Shown here: piece by piece, positions 48,493 through 60,794 of the stretch
Layout: every line of letters starts with the position of its first letter
Numbering within the stretch: position 1 is the stretch's first letter
Assembly: GCA_013115145.1 (NCBI GenBank)
Contig: JAAPAO010000078.1
Coordinates: 24,306 to 88,305 of the forward strand
Direction of reading: 5' to 3'
DNA from: Perkinsus chesapeaki ATCC PRA-425
Lineage: Eukaryota > Protista > Perkinsozoa
Length of the DNA stretch: 64,000 nucleotides
The notes under the pieces: generated by a model
What the model saw: only the letters and a program-made list of their open reading frames with translations
What the model was told of the DNA's origin: nothing
Databases searched by the model: none
Made by a program: the position numbers and the translations under genes

Positions 48493-51007
48493 CTAACTTC
48501 GAATGGGCGAAGAGGAGAAGTATGCAACACCATGTCGACAAAAGGCATATATTTGTGAGCCAAAGGCCATGCCAAGGCCGACACGAACGGAGCCCCAACC
48601 AATACGTAAAGTGGATAATAAGGATCTGAATAAGGACGAGTTAGGAAAATGGAATACATGAATCGCTTCGCTCCGCTAACGGGGAGAATGAATGTTAGTA
48701 TAGAAAAGAGAACAGGATTATTGAACTTTAGTTTGATAATAGGAGTTCATGGCTCGACGGCCGAGACCGTAAATCTGGGAGCTCATGGCCCAACCAAGAC
48801 CGAGTCTTAGAGAGCCCCAACCAAATCGACACGTTATCATTAAGGATCTGAGGAGAAGGAAGTAGTCAGATCATTTCATGGTGTTAGAGAAAAATGCGGT
48901 ATGAGATATTATGAGTTTACGTCCGGCTTCTACGTTGAAAGTAGTAAGATACAACCATCGATATTTAAGAAGTTAGACAAAGATACGGTAGGGGACAAGT
49001 GAGCCGCACAGTAGGGTGTTACCATACATTGTTGAGGTCTTAATGGGAAATACGGTATGGAAGATTAAGCAATATAAACGTCGAAGAGTGATATGAGACA
49101 GACCCAACTGAATACTGAAGTACAGTCGCCGAGAAGTGTACAACTGTAGGCGAAATCCAGTAATCCGTAATGGTTGATAGTTAAGGTGTTGGTGAAGAAT
49201 ACGGTATGAGTAGCCCCCCCTGCCCAATAGTACCCTAATCGCTTGCAAAGCTCCTTAGATGACGCTATAAAGCCATCCCCCAGTGGGCGTGCATTAGCAC
49301 CCATCAAACCTTCGGACTCGAACAATATACGAAGCCATTGGTGAGTGTGACGGGATACCTCCGGCTGATAATAGGAGCTGCTGTGATTTAACCCATCACC
49401 GAGATTGCTTACATTGGAGTATTCTTGCAATCTAACCCAGTTAAATGGGGAGCTCAAAGCTGTAGCCACAATGGCACTGACCATATTACCGAGGAATCCA
49501 CCGGCTTGGGGATCGTTCGAATGAACGTGCCTTATAGAAAATCAACAACATATAAGAAGATAATAATAATATATCAATAAAAGGATATAACAATCAACAT
49601 AGAATAGGTAGTTATGATAATCGGGAAATATATATAACAATATGGTACTTTCGACTACTCCTTTGTAAAGTCCTGTCCTGCTGCCAGAATCTGCTAGAGT
49701 TTGCCTGTATGAGGCTTATATCAAATCATAACTGTATAAGATGTAACCTAGAGGACCTGACCTCTTGCGGTTTCAAACGTCCCAATTTGAGTCAATTTTT
49801 ACCGAGTTCCTGTTCCAACGAGAATGCAGTGTAATTATCCGTATTTTATTGGGCGTATATCCTGTGCCAGTGCACCCTCCCCTTTACCTCATTGAAGCAT
49901 AAGTGAGACAAAACGTGACGTCTCTATAAATCGTAGGCACACAACCACGGAAGAAGCCTTTGAGGCCCTGAGTCTGACGGATATCTGATCCACGATCATA
50001 GAAAGGAGCGGTATGAAATCCCATACTACCTCTAAAAACCTTTAATGAAGTTGCTGGGTTGGAGTACTGTTGAGGAGCGGTTCGCCATATCGAGAACTTT
50101 ACAGCGTTAAACGGCGTAGTGAAGATTCCGTTGGCGAGCCCCGCGAGAGTCCCGGCCAGCCACGCACCACCAGCCTTTTCGACCAGAGGGGATGATAAAA
50201 ACTGACAGGGAAAAGGATATGGAATTTCTGATAGAAAAATAGTAAATTTATTCAAAGCAGGCATTTCACTGTTTTTGTATCAGAAATTACCCACCCAGTC
50301 CCCCGTAGGATTATTACCAATTCCTCCATAGGAAAGTAAAGCCCAAAGCTAACAGCTTTTTGAAGCACTGCTGGCCCAACTCCCTCAAAATATTGACTTG
50401 GTCGCTGTGGCCAATTACGTCGGTCCAAAAAGCGTCGATGGTAGCCCGACGTATCATGACTGTGCTTTACTGTGAGATATAGTGCACGATCTGAAGAGGA
50501 GGATTGAGGTGTATACCAAGGGGAAAGTAAGACGATGAAAGACGCAAGTTATGGATAAATGCCACTTGTTCCCATAAGGCCCAATCCAAACTAGTGATCT
50601 ATTTACTATCAAAATTTTAGCCACATTTTGGCACATGGAAGCCTTTAGACTGTCGAGCAATACCTTCACCTCAACAATGCGGTGAGAAGAATTGGCAAAG
50701 GGAAAATCGTGGTGAATGTTACAATGCTAAAATAACCTTAAATATAAGCTTCCCATAGATCACCCTATTAAATAAACTGCTACCAATAAAGTAACGAGCT
50801 TGTGTTATATCCAGCATTATTATTAGTAGTACCATATGGATTGAACAGTAATGACTGCATTAACCCAGCATTCAGTCCACAGAGCATGAGTCCAATAGGG
50901 TGCTTGCTCTCTCCTGTCTTCGAATATGTATAGTCCTTAGCATACTTCAATAGTGTCCGGTAGACAGAGGAGGAGGAGCTCTCCGAGGTGGTGGTATCCT
51001 GTGACAT
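48493..51007 (-). CDS. Mitochondrial carrier family protein with two candidate terminal exons
   Basis: Three carrier repeats (LFNPYDRAL, FTTPFNAVK, LSSPFNWVR). Last exon is either 48718-48847 or 48493-48625. Confidence 0.85.
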
Positions 51008-51082
51008 TAAATGGAGTCAATCTTTATCAGATTGTAGGGTAAGACTAACGCAAGACCACCAAAGGAAACATATCAGAAACGG

Positions 51083-52709
51083 TCATGCACTCTTTTTCCA
51101 ATATCGTCGGTCCATGGCATCTATCAAAGCTGCCCTCAGTTCCGGTAAACCATGGCCGTCTTGAGCGCTCACACAATGAACATAAGGCCAGAAGGATAGC
51201 TAAAGAGGGGGAAGTTGCGAACAAAGTTGAGGGAAAATCGGTATGACCCCGCCATCAATAGGGAATCCTCGCTTCCCTATACTGTGGAATAACAGTGTTG
51301 ACCTTAGTCTTCCAAGGAAAGCTTCAGAGTTTTTCAAAGTGTCAGATATCTCAACGACAAGACTTTAGAGCTTAGAAGCAGGAGAATGGCGCGCTCCTCT
51401 CCACCATGGCACGGTGTTCCTTGGTCCTTGCTAAGATACGACGGAAGCATTGCTGGTAAACATGTTCCTGCTCCACAAGGAAGCGTGAGATGGTTTCCTT
51501 AAGCTGTCCGGCCTTCTAAAGTGCCTCTACGACCCCTTGCTCCCCACTGTCGTCCCGTCTACTACGTTGAACTCTTTTTGCCAATATTCAATCCTAGATA
51601 ATATAGATGCGACCTCCTCATGCAGCGCAGTAGGCTTAACTCTATCAACCTTCGTAAGAACTACCATCAACCTAAAAAGTATCTTTTGAATGCCTTGTAT
51701 GCCCCTATGTTACCTCGGCGGTGGCGGGCCTTCATCTAGGATATTCCTATTCTCCATTGACCGCACTATAAGTTTCCAAAGATACTCGTCGGTCGATTTA
51801 ACCCCTTCTATTACATCTACTAAAGATACCTGAGGTCGAAGGATACTATTAAATATCAATTTAAACAAAAGTATGATCATTACCACTAGCCGCAGGTTGT
51901 CAGCTCGCTCCATATATTCCCCTACTAGAGCACGCCATTCAGCCTTCTGTTCAGAATCTATGCCCTTAGCAAAACCCAACCTAAATAGTATCTTTCCATT
52001 TTAACCTCATTTGTATCTTTCTACCCTGGTAAGTCTACTATCCGTAATGGTTTCCCCTTGCCCTCTTTAAGGTGTTCATCTCGGCCCACCTCGAATGTGA
52101 ATAGCTGTCTAGTTCGGCCAGGTGTCTTGGAAGCTCTGGCGACCTACGGGGAAGCCAAGCCAAATGATTTCATAGACTTTCTGGGGAAGGCGAATATGAA
52201 TCGCCAAAGCGCATCCGGTACTATTTTTGGGACAGACGACGCGCCCTGAGTAAATTTACTCACCTGCCGTCCAAAAAGTAGACCGTTAACTAAACTAGAT
52301 TTACCAGCATTGGATCGTCCACAAAAGGCGACCTATAAAATATCTTTAAAGATACTTTTGAGGTCAACTACCGATGGTATCCCATGACCTTGCTGGAGCC
52401 TGTGCAAGCTTTGCCTCACTAAAACTGGATGAGCTGCAATGCTCCTCCAAAAGAACTCATCAGCCCCTTCGACATACCGCAGAAAAGGTGCATCATTCGG
52501 TGGCGGCGCTGTTGGATGGAAATCTTTATAGTGCGCACTAGCGTATCTTATTACCAAGGTTAACCTCATTCCAAAAGATACCTGCATTTATTGGTACGAA
52601 TGGTCTGGCCAGAAAGCTCGGAGGAGAAGGTCGAGCTATCTGCCGGCCTATTGAAGATGCTGCTCGAGATCGCGGCATCACTGCAGTGGCGTAGTAAAAT
52701 CTTGCTCAT
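51083..52709 (-). CDS. engB: EngB/YihA-family GTP-binding protein (organellar)
   Basis: G1 FCGRSNAGKSSLVN, G2 SKTPGRTR, G3 DLP|GFAK, G4 LTKVD and VSA. Confidence 0.88.
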
Positions 52710-52890
52710 CTTGCCAGACCTTGCATTATCTCAACGCCCCGGTGCCGTCAGCTGTTAGATAAACCTCTGCGGGCTCCTGTATCTGAGGAGCAGAATATCA
52801 AAGCCAAAGATATTTTTGAGGTTAAGTTACGCGCCCTTGTCAGTTTTGAAGACTCCTATCATTCGCCGTTTCCGGTCTCTTTCCCAGCTT

Positions 52891-55800
52891 ATGTCCACCG
52901 CCGAATCAACCGGTAAAAATTTCATCCAGACGGCCATTGACCAGGATTTGGCCCCTGGGGGCAGGTAACCATGCAAATAGATTACACCGAAAATCTTGTG
53001 AAAATTCCGGGAAAATTCCGGTAAATTTTAGGGGTCTCTGAAAATTTTGGCCAACTTTGATGAAGGTTGTTGATATCTTAGGTGCTATGGAAAGAAGATC
53101 GTTACTCGATTTCCGCCTGAACCCAATGGATATCTGCACATCGGCCACGCTAAAAGCATATGCCTCAACTTTGGCCTGGCCAAGCAATACGGTGGAACCT
53201 GCCATTTGAGGTAGGAGTATCTTTAGGTGGAGTTAAGTGCACGCATGAGGTAGGTTCGATGATACTAATCCGAGTGCTGAGAGCGATGAGTATGTGAGGA
53301 GTATCCAGGAGGATGTTAAATGGCTCGGGTATGCTCTTGCCGGGGATAGAACCTTCGCGGATTCATGCATATTAGGTTTGACTGGGGCGACAATTTGTTC
53401 TTCGCATCGAGCTATTTCGACCAGCTGTAAGCTCTTCACTATTTCCAACCTTAAATGCTTCTATCAGTTACGAGTGGGCGGAATATCTTATCAATAAGGG
53501 TGAAGCTTATGTCGACCTGCAAACCCCCGAACAGATCCGTATCAACCGCGGAAATATCAACACCCCCGGCACTAACTCCCCCAATAGGGATCAAACCCCC
53601 GAGGAGAACCTAAGACTGTTTAGGGAGATGAGGGATGGCAAATTCAAGGAGGGCGAAGCCTTGCTTCGAGCTAAGATAGACATGGCCTCTCCTAATATGA
53701 ATATGAGGGACCCACCGATGTACAGGATACTCCACAAGGAGCATCATCGCACTGGCAACAAGTGGTGCATATATCCTTTGTATGACTTCGCCCATGGCCA
53801 GGAGGATGCTATCGAACATATAACTCATTCCATTTGCACTCTGGAGTTTGAGAATCATCGTGAGCTTTATGACTGGTAACAATCGGGCTGGCTTACCGGA
53901 CTTTTGGGGGAAACAAATTTTCGTAGAAATATTTCCCAGACAAGTAGAGGGGATTTTTCGTTAGCCTTGCACGGGATCCTGCACAGTGTTGGATGCACTA
54001 CTGTAGCCAAGGATCACTGGAATGTCTTAATCGGGTTTGGGGAAGTGTTCCTGCCAGGCAGGAATATAACTAAATAGTAAATATGCTCCTAACCAAGAGG
54101 ATGCATTCCTTCTCCTTTAAGGCCAAGCGTCTGATCTCTCTCCTGTATCATTATATCCTCTTTAGGTTCATCCATCATTTGCCTGTCCCATCGGAGCCTC
54201 ACCAGTATGAGTTTGCCAGGCTGCAGGTCACCAACACCATCATGAGCAAGAGGAAGCTGCTCAAGCTTGTCAACTCACGTAAAGGATATTTCACTGCACC
54301 ACGAAATTGATCTTTAGATTCTGTGAGGGGCTGGGATGACCCTCGAATGCCGACCATCTCGGGTATGCGTCGCCGGGGAGTGACTCCGAAGGCTTTGAGG
54401 ACATTCTGCCAGAAGGTTGGAGTGTCGACCAGTCTCAGCACCATCGATAGCGTACTGTTGGATGAATGCATCAGAGAGGATCTGGAGGTGAGGTATGTGA
54501 ATCAACCTATTTTGAATCTTTCTGTTAGGCTAACTCTAACCGTCGTATGTGTGTTGTTGATCCGGTTAAGATATATATCGAGACTATGTCAGATGATGAG
54601 GTAAGTTGTGCTGCTTCGCTCCGCTAATAAGCAAATATTTGTTACTTTTGTCAGCGTATTGAGGTTGAAGCTCCGAATCATCCGGGTATGCCGGAAGCTG
54701 GTAATATCCTGGGAACAATAACCGCTCTCCTTCTTCTGAAAGATAGAGTGATTACGCACTGTGAAGAATGCTCTTAAGCGTATCTTTGCGCACTGTGAAG
54801 AATGCTCTTAAGCGTATCTTTGCGCACTATGAATAATGCCCTTATGCGTATCTTTGCGCATTGTTTAAGAATGCCCTAATGTTTCTCTTTGCGCACTGTG
54901 AAGAATGCCCTAATGTGTCTCTTTGCGCACTGTGAAGAATGCCCTAATGTGTCTCTTTGCGCACTGTGAAGAATGCCCTTATGAGTATCTTTGCGCACTG
55001 TGAAGAATGCCCTAATGTGTCTCTTTGCGCATTATTAAGAATGCCCTTATGAGTATCTTTGCGCACAGTGAAGATTATTCATTGGTATCTTGTTATATTG
55101 TAGGTTCCCGTAAACTATACCTTCGCAACCATCTTGTTATCGAATCGAGTGATTTCCGTCTGAATCCTCCAGAAGGATTCAAGAGGCTTTCCCTCGGTGG
55201 CAAGGTACACCTGGGAATTCGTCACTGCGCCACGAAATTATCCATAGGTCAAACTGCGATATGGATATGTCATCAAAGCTGAGCGTGTTACCCCGGAGGG
55301 CGTTGTCGTTTGCAGTCATGATCCAGAGTCACTTCATGGAGAAGGAAGCCTTCCTAAGGATGTTAAGGGTGTTATCCATTGGGTAATTATACCGCATTTC
55401 CGTCTGATCGTATGGGTATAATAGGCTGTCGATGCTGATAATACTAACGAGGATGTAGTTAGAGGAACAGTCAACTGGTATGAAAACCTCCTCTTACCGG
55501 AATCCACTCCCACTGGTAGGATTTCGTGGCGCGCGGTCTTTTTATATGTGAAGTTTCAGATGAAGGCGCGACATCGGAGGAGGAGGCGTCTATGGTGCCC
55601 GGCGTTGAAGTTGAGCATCCGAAGGCGGATGAGGATGGTGAGGAATTACTTTTCGGTTTTTCTATCAGTTTTTCTCAGCTTGGTTATCCACGTTGAACCC
55701 CAACAGTCTTAGAGAGTACAAGGCGTACTTCGAGCCTGCTATGGCAGAGGCGAAGGTAGAGTGCTCACTGTGGGAGGTATATTCATTGATTGAACTTGGA

Positions 55801-56666
55801 GGGAAAATGGAAATGTTAACAAGCTTTTCAGAGACAACCGGGACTTGGTAAAATTGGCAGTTTTTTCATTTCCTCACATAGTAGTTTTGGCGAGCATTGG
55901 CATAACTATTATCATTATTTGCATTGGATATGTCAAGCTTGCCAGCGGAGGGTTTATTATCTTTTCCTTCTCAGCCAATGGAGACCTTCCAATTCGAGCG
56001 TGTTGGCTACTTTGTTGTTGATAAGGATTCCACACCTGCTCAGCTTACCTGTAATCTTACAGTAACACTCAAGGAGAGTGGATTAAAGAAGACAGAGGGG
56101 AAGCATGCTGGGTAATGGGGAGGAGAGCCCTCTTTTTGAAGGGTAGACATGTTACCAGTGATACAGAGGAGGAGGAGGAGAAGATATAAGCATCGGATGC
56201 GTTCCTCTTTCTGAAGTCACTATTCGGTCTTCCTCATCCTCCTTTGTGGGTCCCTGGATGAAATAATAAATGCCAATGCTTCGTTAAATCGGCCTAAGAT
56301 TGCTGCCTCGCCTATGCTTTAGTTGGCCGCCGCTTGAATTTAGTTATATTTGATTACTGACGTGTGTAAACAGGCAGGTCTATTACAGGCATACGAACGA
56401 GTTCATTCTCAGTCGTTCACGTAAGGAGGCTCAAGCGGCTCAGTTGGCCGAGAAAGAGGCAAAGAAGAAGATTAGACCGGAGGATATGTTTAAAGGTACT
56501 TGGTAGGAGAGCAAAGATATTTTTGAGGTCAAGTTCAGATCAAACGGACAAGTATTCCCAGTTCGACGAGAGAGGTATTCCGACCCATGATGCCTCTGGT
56601 GAGAAGCTGGCAAAGAGCGCTTTCAAGAAGTTGCAGAAAGAGTGGGAAAAGCAGAGACGATTGTAA
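52891..56666 (+). CDS. QARS: Glutaminyl-tRNA synthetase with C-terminal extension
   Basis: [60 protein letters not shown] and FQFERVGYF. Confidence 0.93.
54755..55078. repeat. 34-bp minisatellite, about 9.5 copies, in a GlnRS intron
   Basis: Unit CGCACTGTGAAGAATGCYCTWAWGYGTMTCTTTG, starting at 54755, 54789, 54823, 54857, 54892, 54926, 54960, 54994, 55028 and 55062. Confidence 0.95.
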
Positions 56667-56829
56667 TAACGAAGGCATAGGTGTTATTATTAGTCTGGCT
56701 CTGGCAGGTATGAAGGTGGTGGTCATCATTAAAGGGGGAACTGTTGAGTCAGCTTTACATTATTCATACTGAAAGTTTCTACGTTATAGAAGGGATTTAG
56801 GCTGGAAGTTACTCAATGGGGGATTGAGA

Positions 56830-57925
56830 TGTTTTCTGACATCTCTAGCTTTTGATGGAAGGCATTGACGGTGTCGCGCTTTGGTAGGCCTCTTTGGTTG
56901 AATGCTGAGATCATACTTTCTGACACCTCTAGCTGCATCTAGACGGATGTTGGTGGTTGCTGTGATGGGGGCTCGAGGGATGCGTACAATTGATGGAGGC
57001 TTGATGATGGTAAGGCCATGCTTACTTCACTCATCTTGCCGTGTACCAAATTTCCGGGAAATTCTGTGAAATTTTCCCGAAATTTTAGATCTTTGCATTT
57101 GACAGCATCTTTTGGTCATCACCTCCACGCGGCAGTTTCGTGGTTCATCTGGGTGAGCCTGATAAGATAGTCGACCTTACTTGGTTAGGCCGATACGAAG
57201 GTTAATGGTCATCACAACGGAGAGGAGAATGGCTGCTGTCATCTGCCGCCTGTTGAGGATGGAACTGGTAATAGCACGCGCAAGTATTCTTCAAGGAAGC
57301 TCATTGATTGCGGGGCTGATAAAACCGACCCCGATTCGGTATTGCTGATGAAGGCCAGACGATCGTTATGGCGATTGAAGTCCTTGCCGGAGGGTAGGGT
57401 ATCTAAGGTTGGCAATGTTATGAATGATATCAGAAATAAAGGATCCGTGTTGCGATGAGGAGGTGATGCTATGGTACAAAGGGAAGCTGACGGCGAAGGC
57501 GAATAGGAAGGCAAAGCGAGAGGGAGAGAAAGAAGCAGTTGTCAAGCGAAGAGTGATACGTCTTGGTGGGCGCTGGTGTTATAATTTCGTGGCGCAGTGA
57601 ATGTGTAGGGCGGCTGGCTCTTCGACAGCTTGACGTGGGCAGTTTGCGGCCACGGGAATTGGTGGCGAAGGCGCCTCGGTTACGGACGCTGCTTGCTCCC
57701 GGAACGCTGCCCTGTCTGACGGCTGAGGATGATGAAATGTAGTGAAGGGGGGAGGTGTGGGTGGGAGGGAGGTGCCTTTCAGATATGAGTGGTATGAGAA
57801 GGTATGTGAGGCTCTGAGCCCAGATGATCGAACAGGAAATGGGTCAACTCGTGGCCAAGAGGAGAAAGCTGATGCTTTGGCATCAGCTGCCTGACCATCA
57901 ATTTATTAAGCAATTCAATAGATAG
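56830..57925 (+). CDS. Hypothetical protein, multi-exon
   Basis: Linked exons KLIDCGADK..., EEVMLWYKGKL..., RQLDVGSLRP... and MIEQEMG...QFNR*. Start uncertain. Confidence 0.45.
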
Positions 57926-57997
57926 CAATATTTCCAGCATCCGGAAGGGATAGAGTTTCAGTCATCATCCCTGTCAGTATAGTTTGTCTTATTTCTA

Positions 57998-60420
57998 ATG
58001 TTAACCAGAGCGCTGGGCTCCCCTAAGCCTCCTCTTGTTGGAGTATCATCTGTAAGATCGCTGCTGCATCCTCATCATCATTGCTGTTGCTGCCCTGTAT
58101 GCTCTGGTAGAGGCTTCTCAACGGGGGCCAAACAGGCGTATAAGCCACCATTGGCGCTGGTAGTAATCGTGATGAAGACTCATGGTATTCGATCGTAACA
58201 CTGCGTTAAAGAATCACATTAGCTGCATGCCAAGCATGGTTCAAGCAAGTCCATGACCGCGCGCCTCGTAAATATCTGTGATTCACATGTCGTTCAGAGT
58301 TGTTGATAGCACTGGTCGTTGTCTGTTTGGTTGTGCAGGTTCAAGAGTTGCGTAAGAGGACGGGAGCATCGATAAGCAAATGTCGAGATGCTTTGGTGGA
58401 TGAAGGTAATAGGGGTATTAGTACCAGACGAGGAATGGGCTATCTCAGTGGGGGATGTGGATAAGGCTATGCTATGGCTTAAGAAAAGGGGCATTCAATC
58501 AGCCAGTGAAAAGACGTATCGTGAGGTAGAAGGTCTGGTACGAGGGCTGAGCAGTTAGTAGGCGGTTCTTGTAGGCGGGAGAGGGTGTAGTGGCAGCAGC
58601 TGTTAGGGGACGCACTGGAGCATTGATTGAGGTGATGTTGGGGGGGGGGGGAGATTTAATAGGAAGGGAAAATCTCAGAGTCGGGTGATCAGAGAGTTGA
58701 TAGAGAGTGTGTTAATATGGTATATCTTAATGTAATACCAGTGCCTAAAATGTGGTGTAGGCAGCAACAAGCGAGATATAATAGTCCTGGAAAATTGAGT
58801 TGTAAAATCCATGGGAGCTATGTGGTATCCTGAAGGACGTGCCGAGGGCTGTCGAGTGATATCTCTCCTGCGCATGGATCTATACGCGACTTGCAATCTC
58901 AGAATTTACTTTTTTCACAGTACCACTCTGTATGAGAGTAATTGGTTATTATCAATGTAGATAATCTGATATTGTTATATACCCCGTGAATGCCCATGTA
59001 GCAAAAGAGAACCTTGAGATGACTGAGAACTTTTGTAAACGGTAAAAACTGCCAAACTGTTGTTTAGGTTTGCTGATCGTTAGTAGTGACTCATTACTAG
59101 TAACATATATCCGTTATTATTGTTCCCCGTCGCAGATGTCTTGCGAGACTGACTTTGTTGGTCGAACGCCCCTACTTATCGAGTTTGCTCGGACTGTGGC
59201 TGGTTTGGTGGCGGAGTCATCTAAGCCAAGCTATAGGGATTTAGAGGGCTTCATTGCAGAGGGGATGCTTGAAAGGTGAGAAAGATACGCCGGAGCTTGA
59301 TTGGAATGCCTCGCTGTCGATAGGCAAGTTGAGTGTGACGTACCTGCATCCGAAGAGCGTCCCAAACAGCATCAGGAGCTTCAGAGTCTGAAGATCAGTG
59401 AAGCTCTCTTGGAGATGAGTTCGGTGTTGGGAGAGAATGTTGGTATAAAGAGAATAGCTACTATAGGGGAGGAAGGTAGTATGGGCTGCAAGGCTGAGGG
59501 TTGGGTGAATGTGATGGTCATCTGGCTGCTGCATGATAATAATGCTTCCATTAGCATGCGCCAATAGAGGTGATGAATATAGAAATTCGAGAGGTATTGT
59601 GAGGTATTTAAGTTCTATCCGTGAGATGTACCAAAAGCCAGGGAGGATCGCAGTTCACTTTTTTCCGTACTTGAAATTGATAAAATGATTTTATATTCAG
59701 TCAAGTTTTCGAATAAAGATTGACTCTGCAGGACTTTTCCCCAGGTGGTCGTCATCAGAGTGGTCATCTGTTCTCATACGTCCACTCTTTGGCGAATGCT
59801 GGGCAATCACGGGAAGTGGGCAAGATGGGTAGTTTGATAATGCTTGATAAGGTAAAGTTTCGAAATAGTCGTTGGGGGATTGTTATCTAGGCCGTCGCCG
59901 GTGATGATGAAGTGGACGCGGAGTCGATTGGGTTCCTAGGCAAAGTGCTGGCGATGCAAGTGGTAGCTAAGCGACCGAAATACGTTACAGTGGAGGACAT
60001 ACCGACGGGTAAAGGCAAGCTGGGGAGGGAGGATGGAGGCATCGTGGAATTGATAGACGTTTTGGAATCGGAGAGGCAGATTGCGAGGGCGGCACATGTG
60101 GCGTCGATTGGAGGAAAGGAATTGGCGGATAAAGTGATGGATAAGATTGTTGATGGTAATGAAACCGTAAGATATTCTTTCGAGTGCGCACAGGTAAGAT
60201 GGGCAAGTTGCGGGCGGATGATACGCTGTATGAGATGGAGATATTATTGCCACCTTCGGCAGAGGAGAACAGTGGCAAGGTCGAAACTGTTGGTAGGAAG
60301 TGCGGTGCTGTAAAGAAGGGGACCTGAGGTATTGGTTGGCTTCCCCTGTCAGGTGAGAGGCTGCGAAAGTCCGGTCTGGTTGTTCGGGATTTCCGTTTCA
60401 TGGGCGTAGGGTTGCACTGA
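57998..60420 (+). CDS. TSFM: Mitochondrial translation elongation factor Ts
   Basis: Targeting-like N-terminus, VQELRKRTGASISKCRDAL, SCETDFV, LAMQVVAKRPKY and end RDFRFMGVG. Confidence 0.88.
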
Positions 60421-60794
60421 TAGTGAAGTACCATGCAGCAGTGGCGAAAAAGTTTCTGTTGAGGTCAGTGTTTGTTGAGTTGCTGCCGGTTCCTTCTGAT
60501 TGATGATCACGTCGTCAGTTGTATTCTCTGGGGGCCTATTAGTGGGCGGTAGGCGGGTATTCAGTTGAATCCAGTTGGTCAGGCTAGGGGTGAGGGTTTT
60601 CTATTCGTGACTACTTGTTACCACACTGATCTTGTCACTGACAAGGTGGGGACAGATTGTAGTTCGCTGAGGAGCATCGCTCTCGCTGACTATGACGGTT
60701 CACATCGTCCTTACCAATTGCTGTGATGTCTGGTAAAACTTTTAATCGATTCCTTTCCCGTCAGTAACTACTGGTTGTTGTTCTTTTTGCTATT

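Noticed and set aside
48555-48570. Spliced-leader-like TTGGCTCA on the minus strand
   Set aside because: Only an 8-nt match, and it lies inside the coding frame of carrier exon A (AFGSQ).
54755-55078. 34-bp periodic repeat as a CRISPR array
   Set aside because: The units are contiguous with no unique spacers, and it lies in a spliceosomal intron.
56827-56940. Short duplication TTCTGACA(T/C)CTCTAGCT
   Set aside because: Two copies of about 17 nt with no further structure, too weak to interpret.
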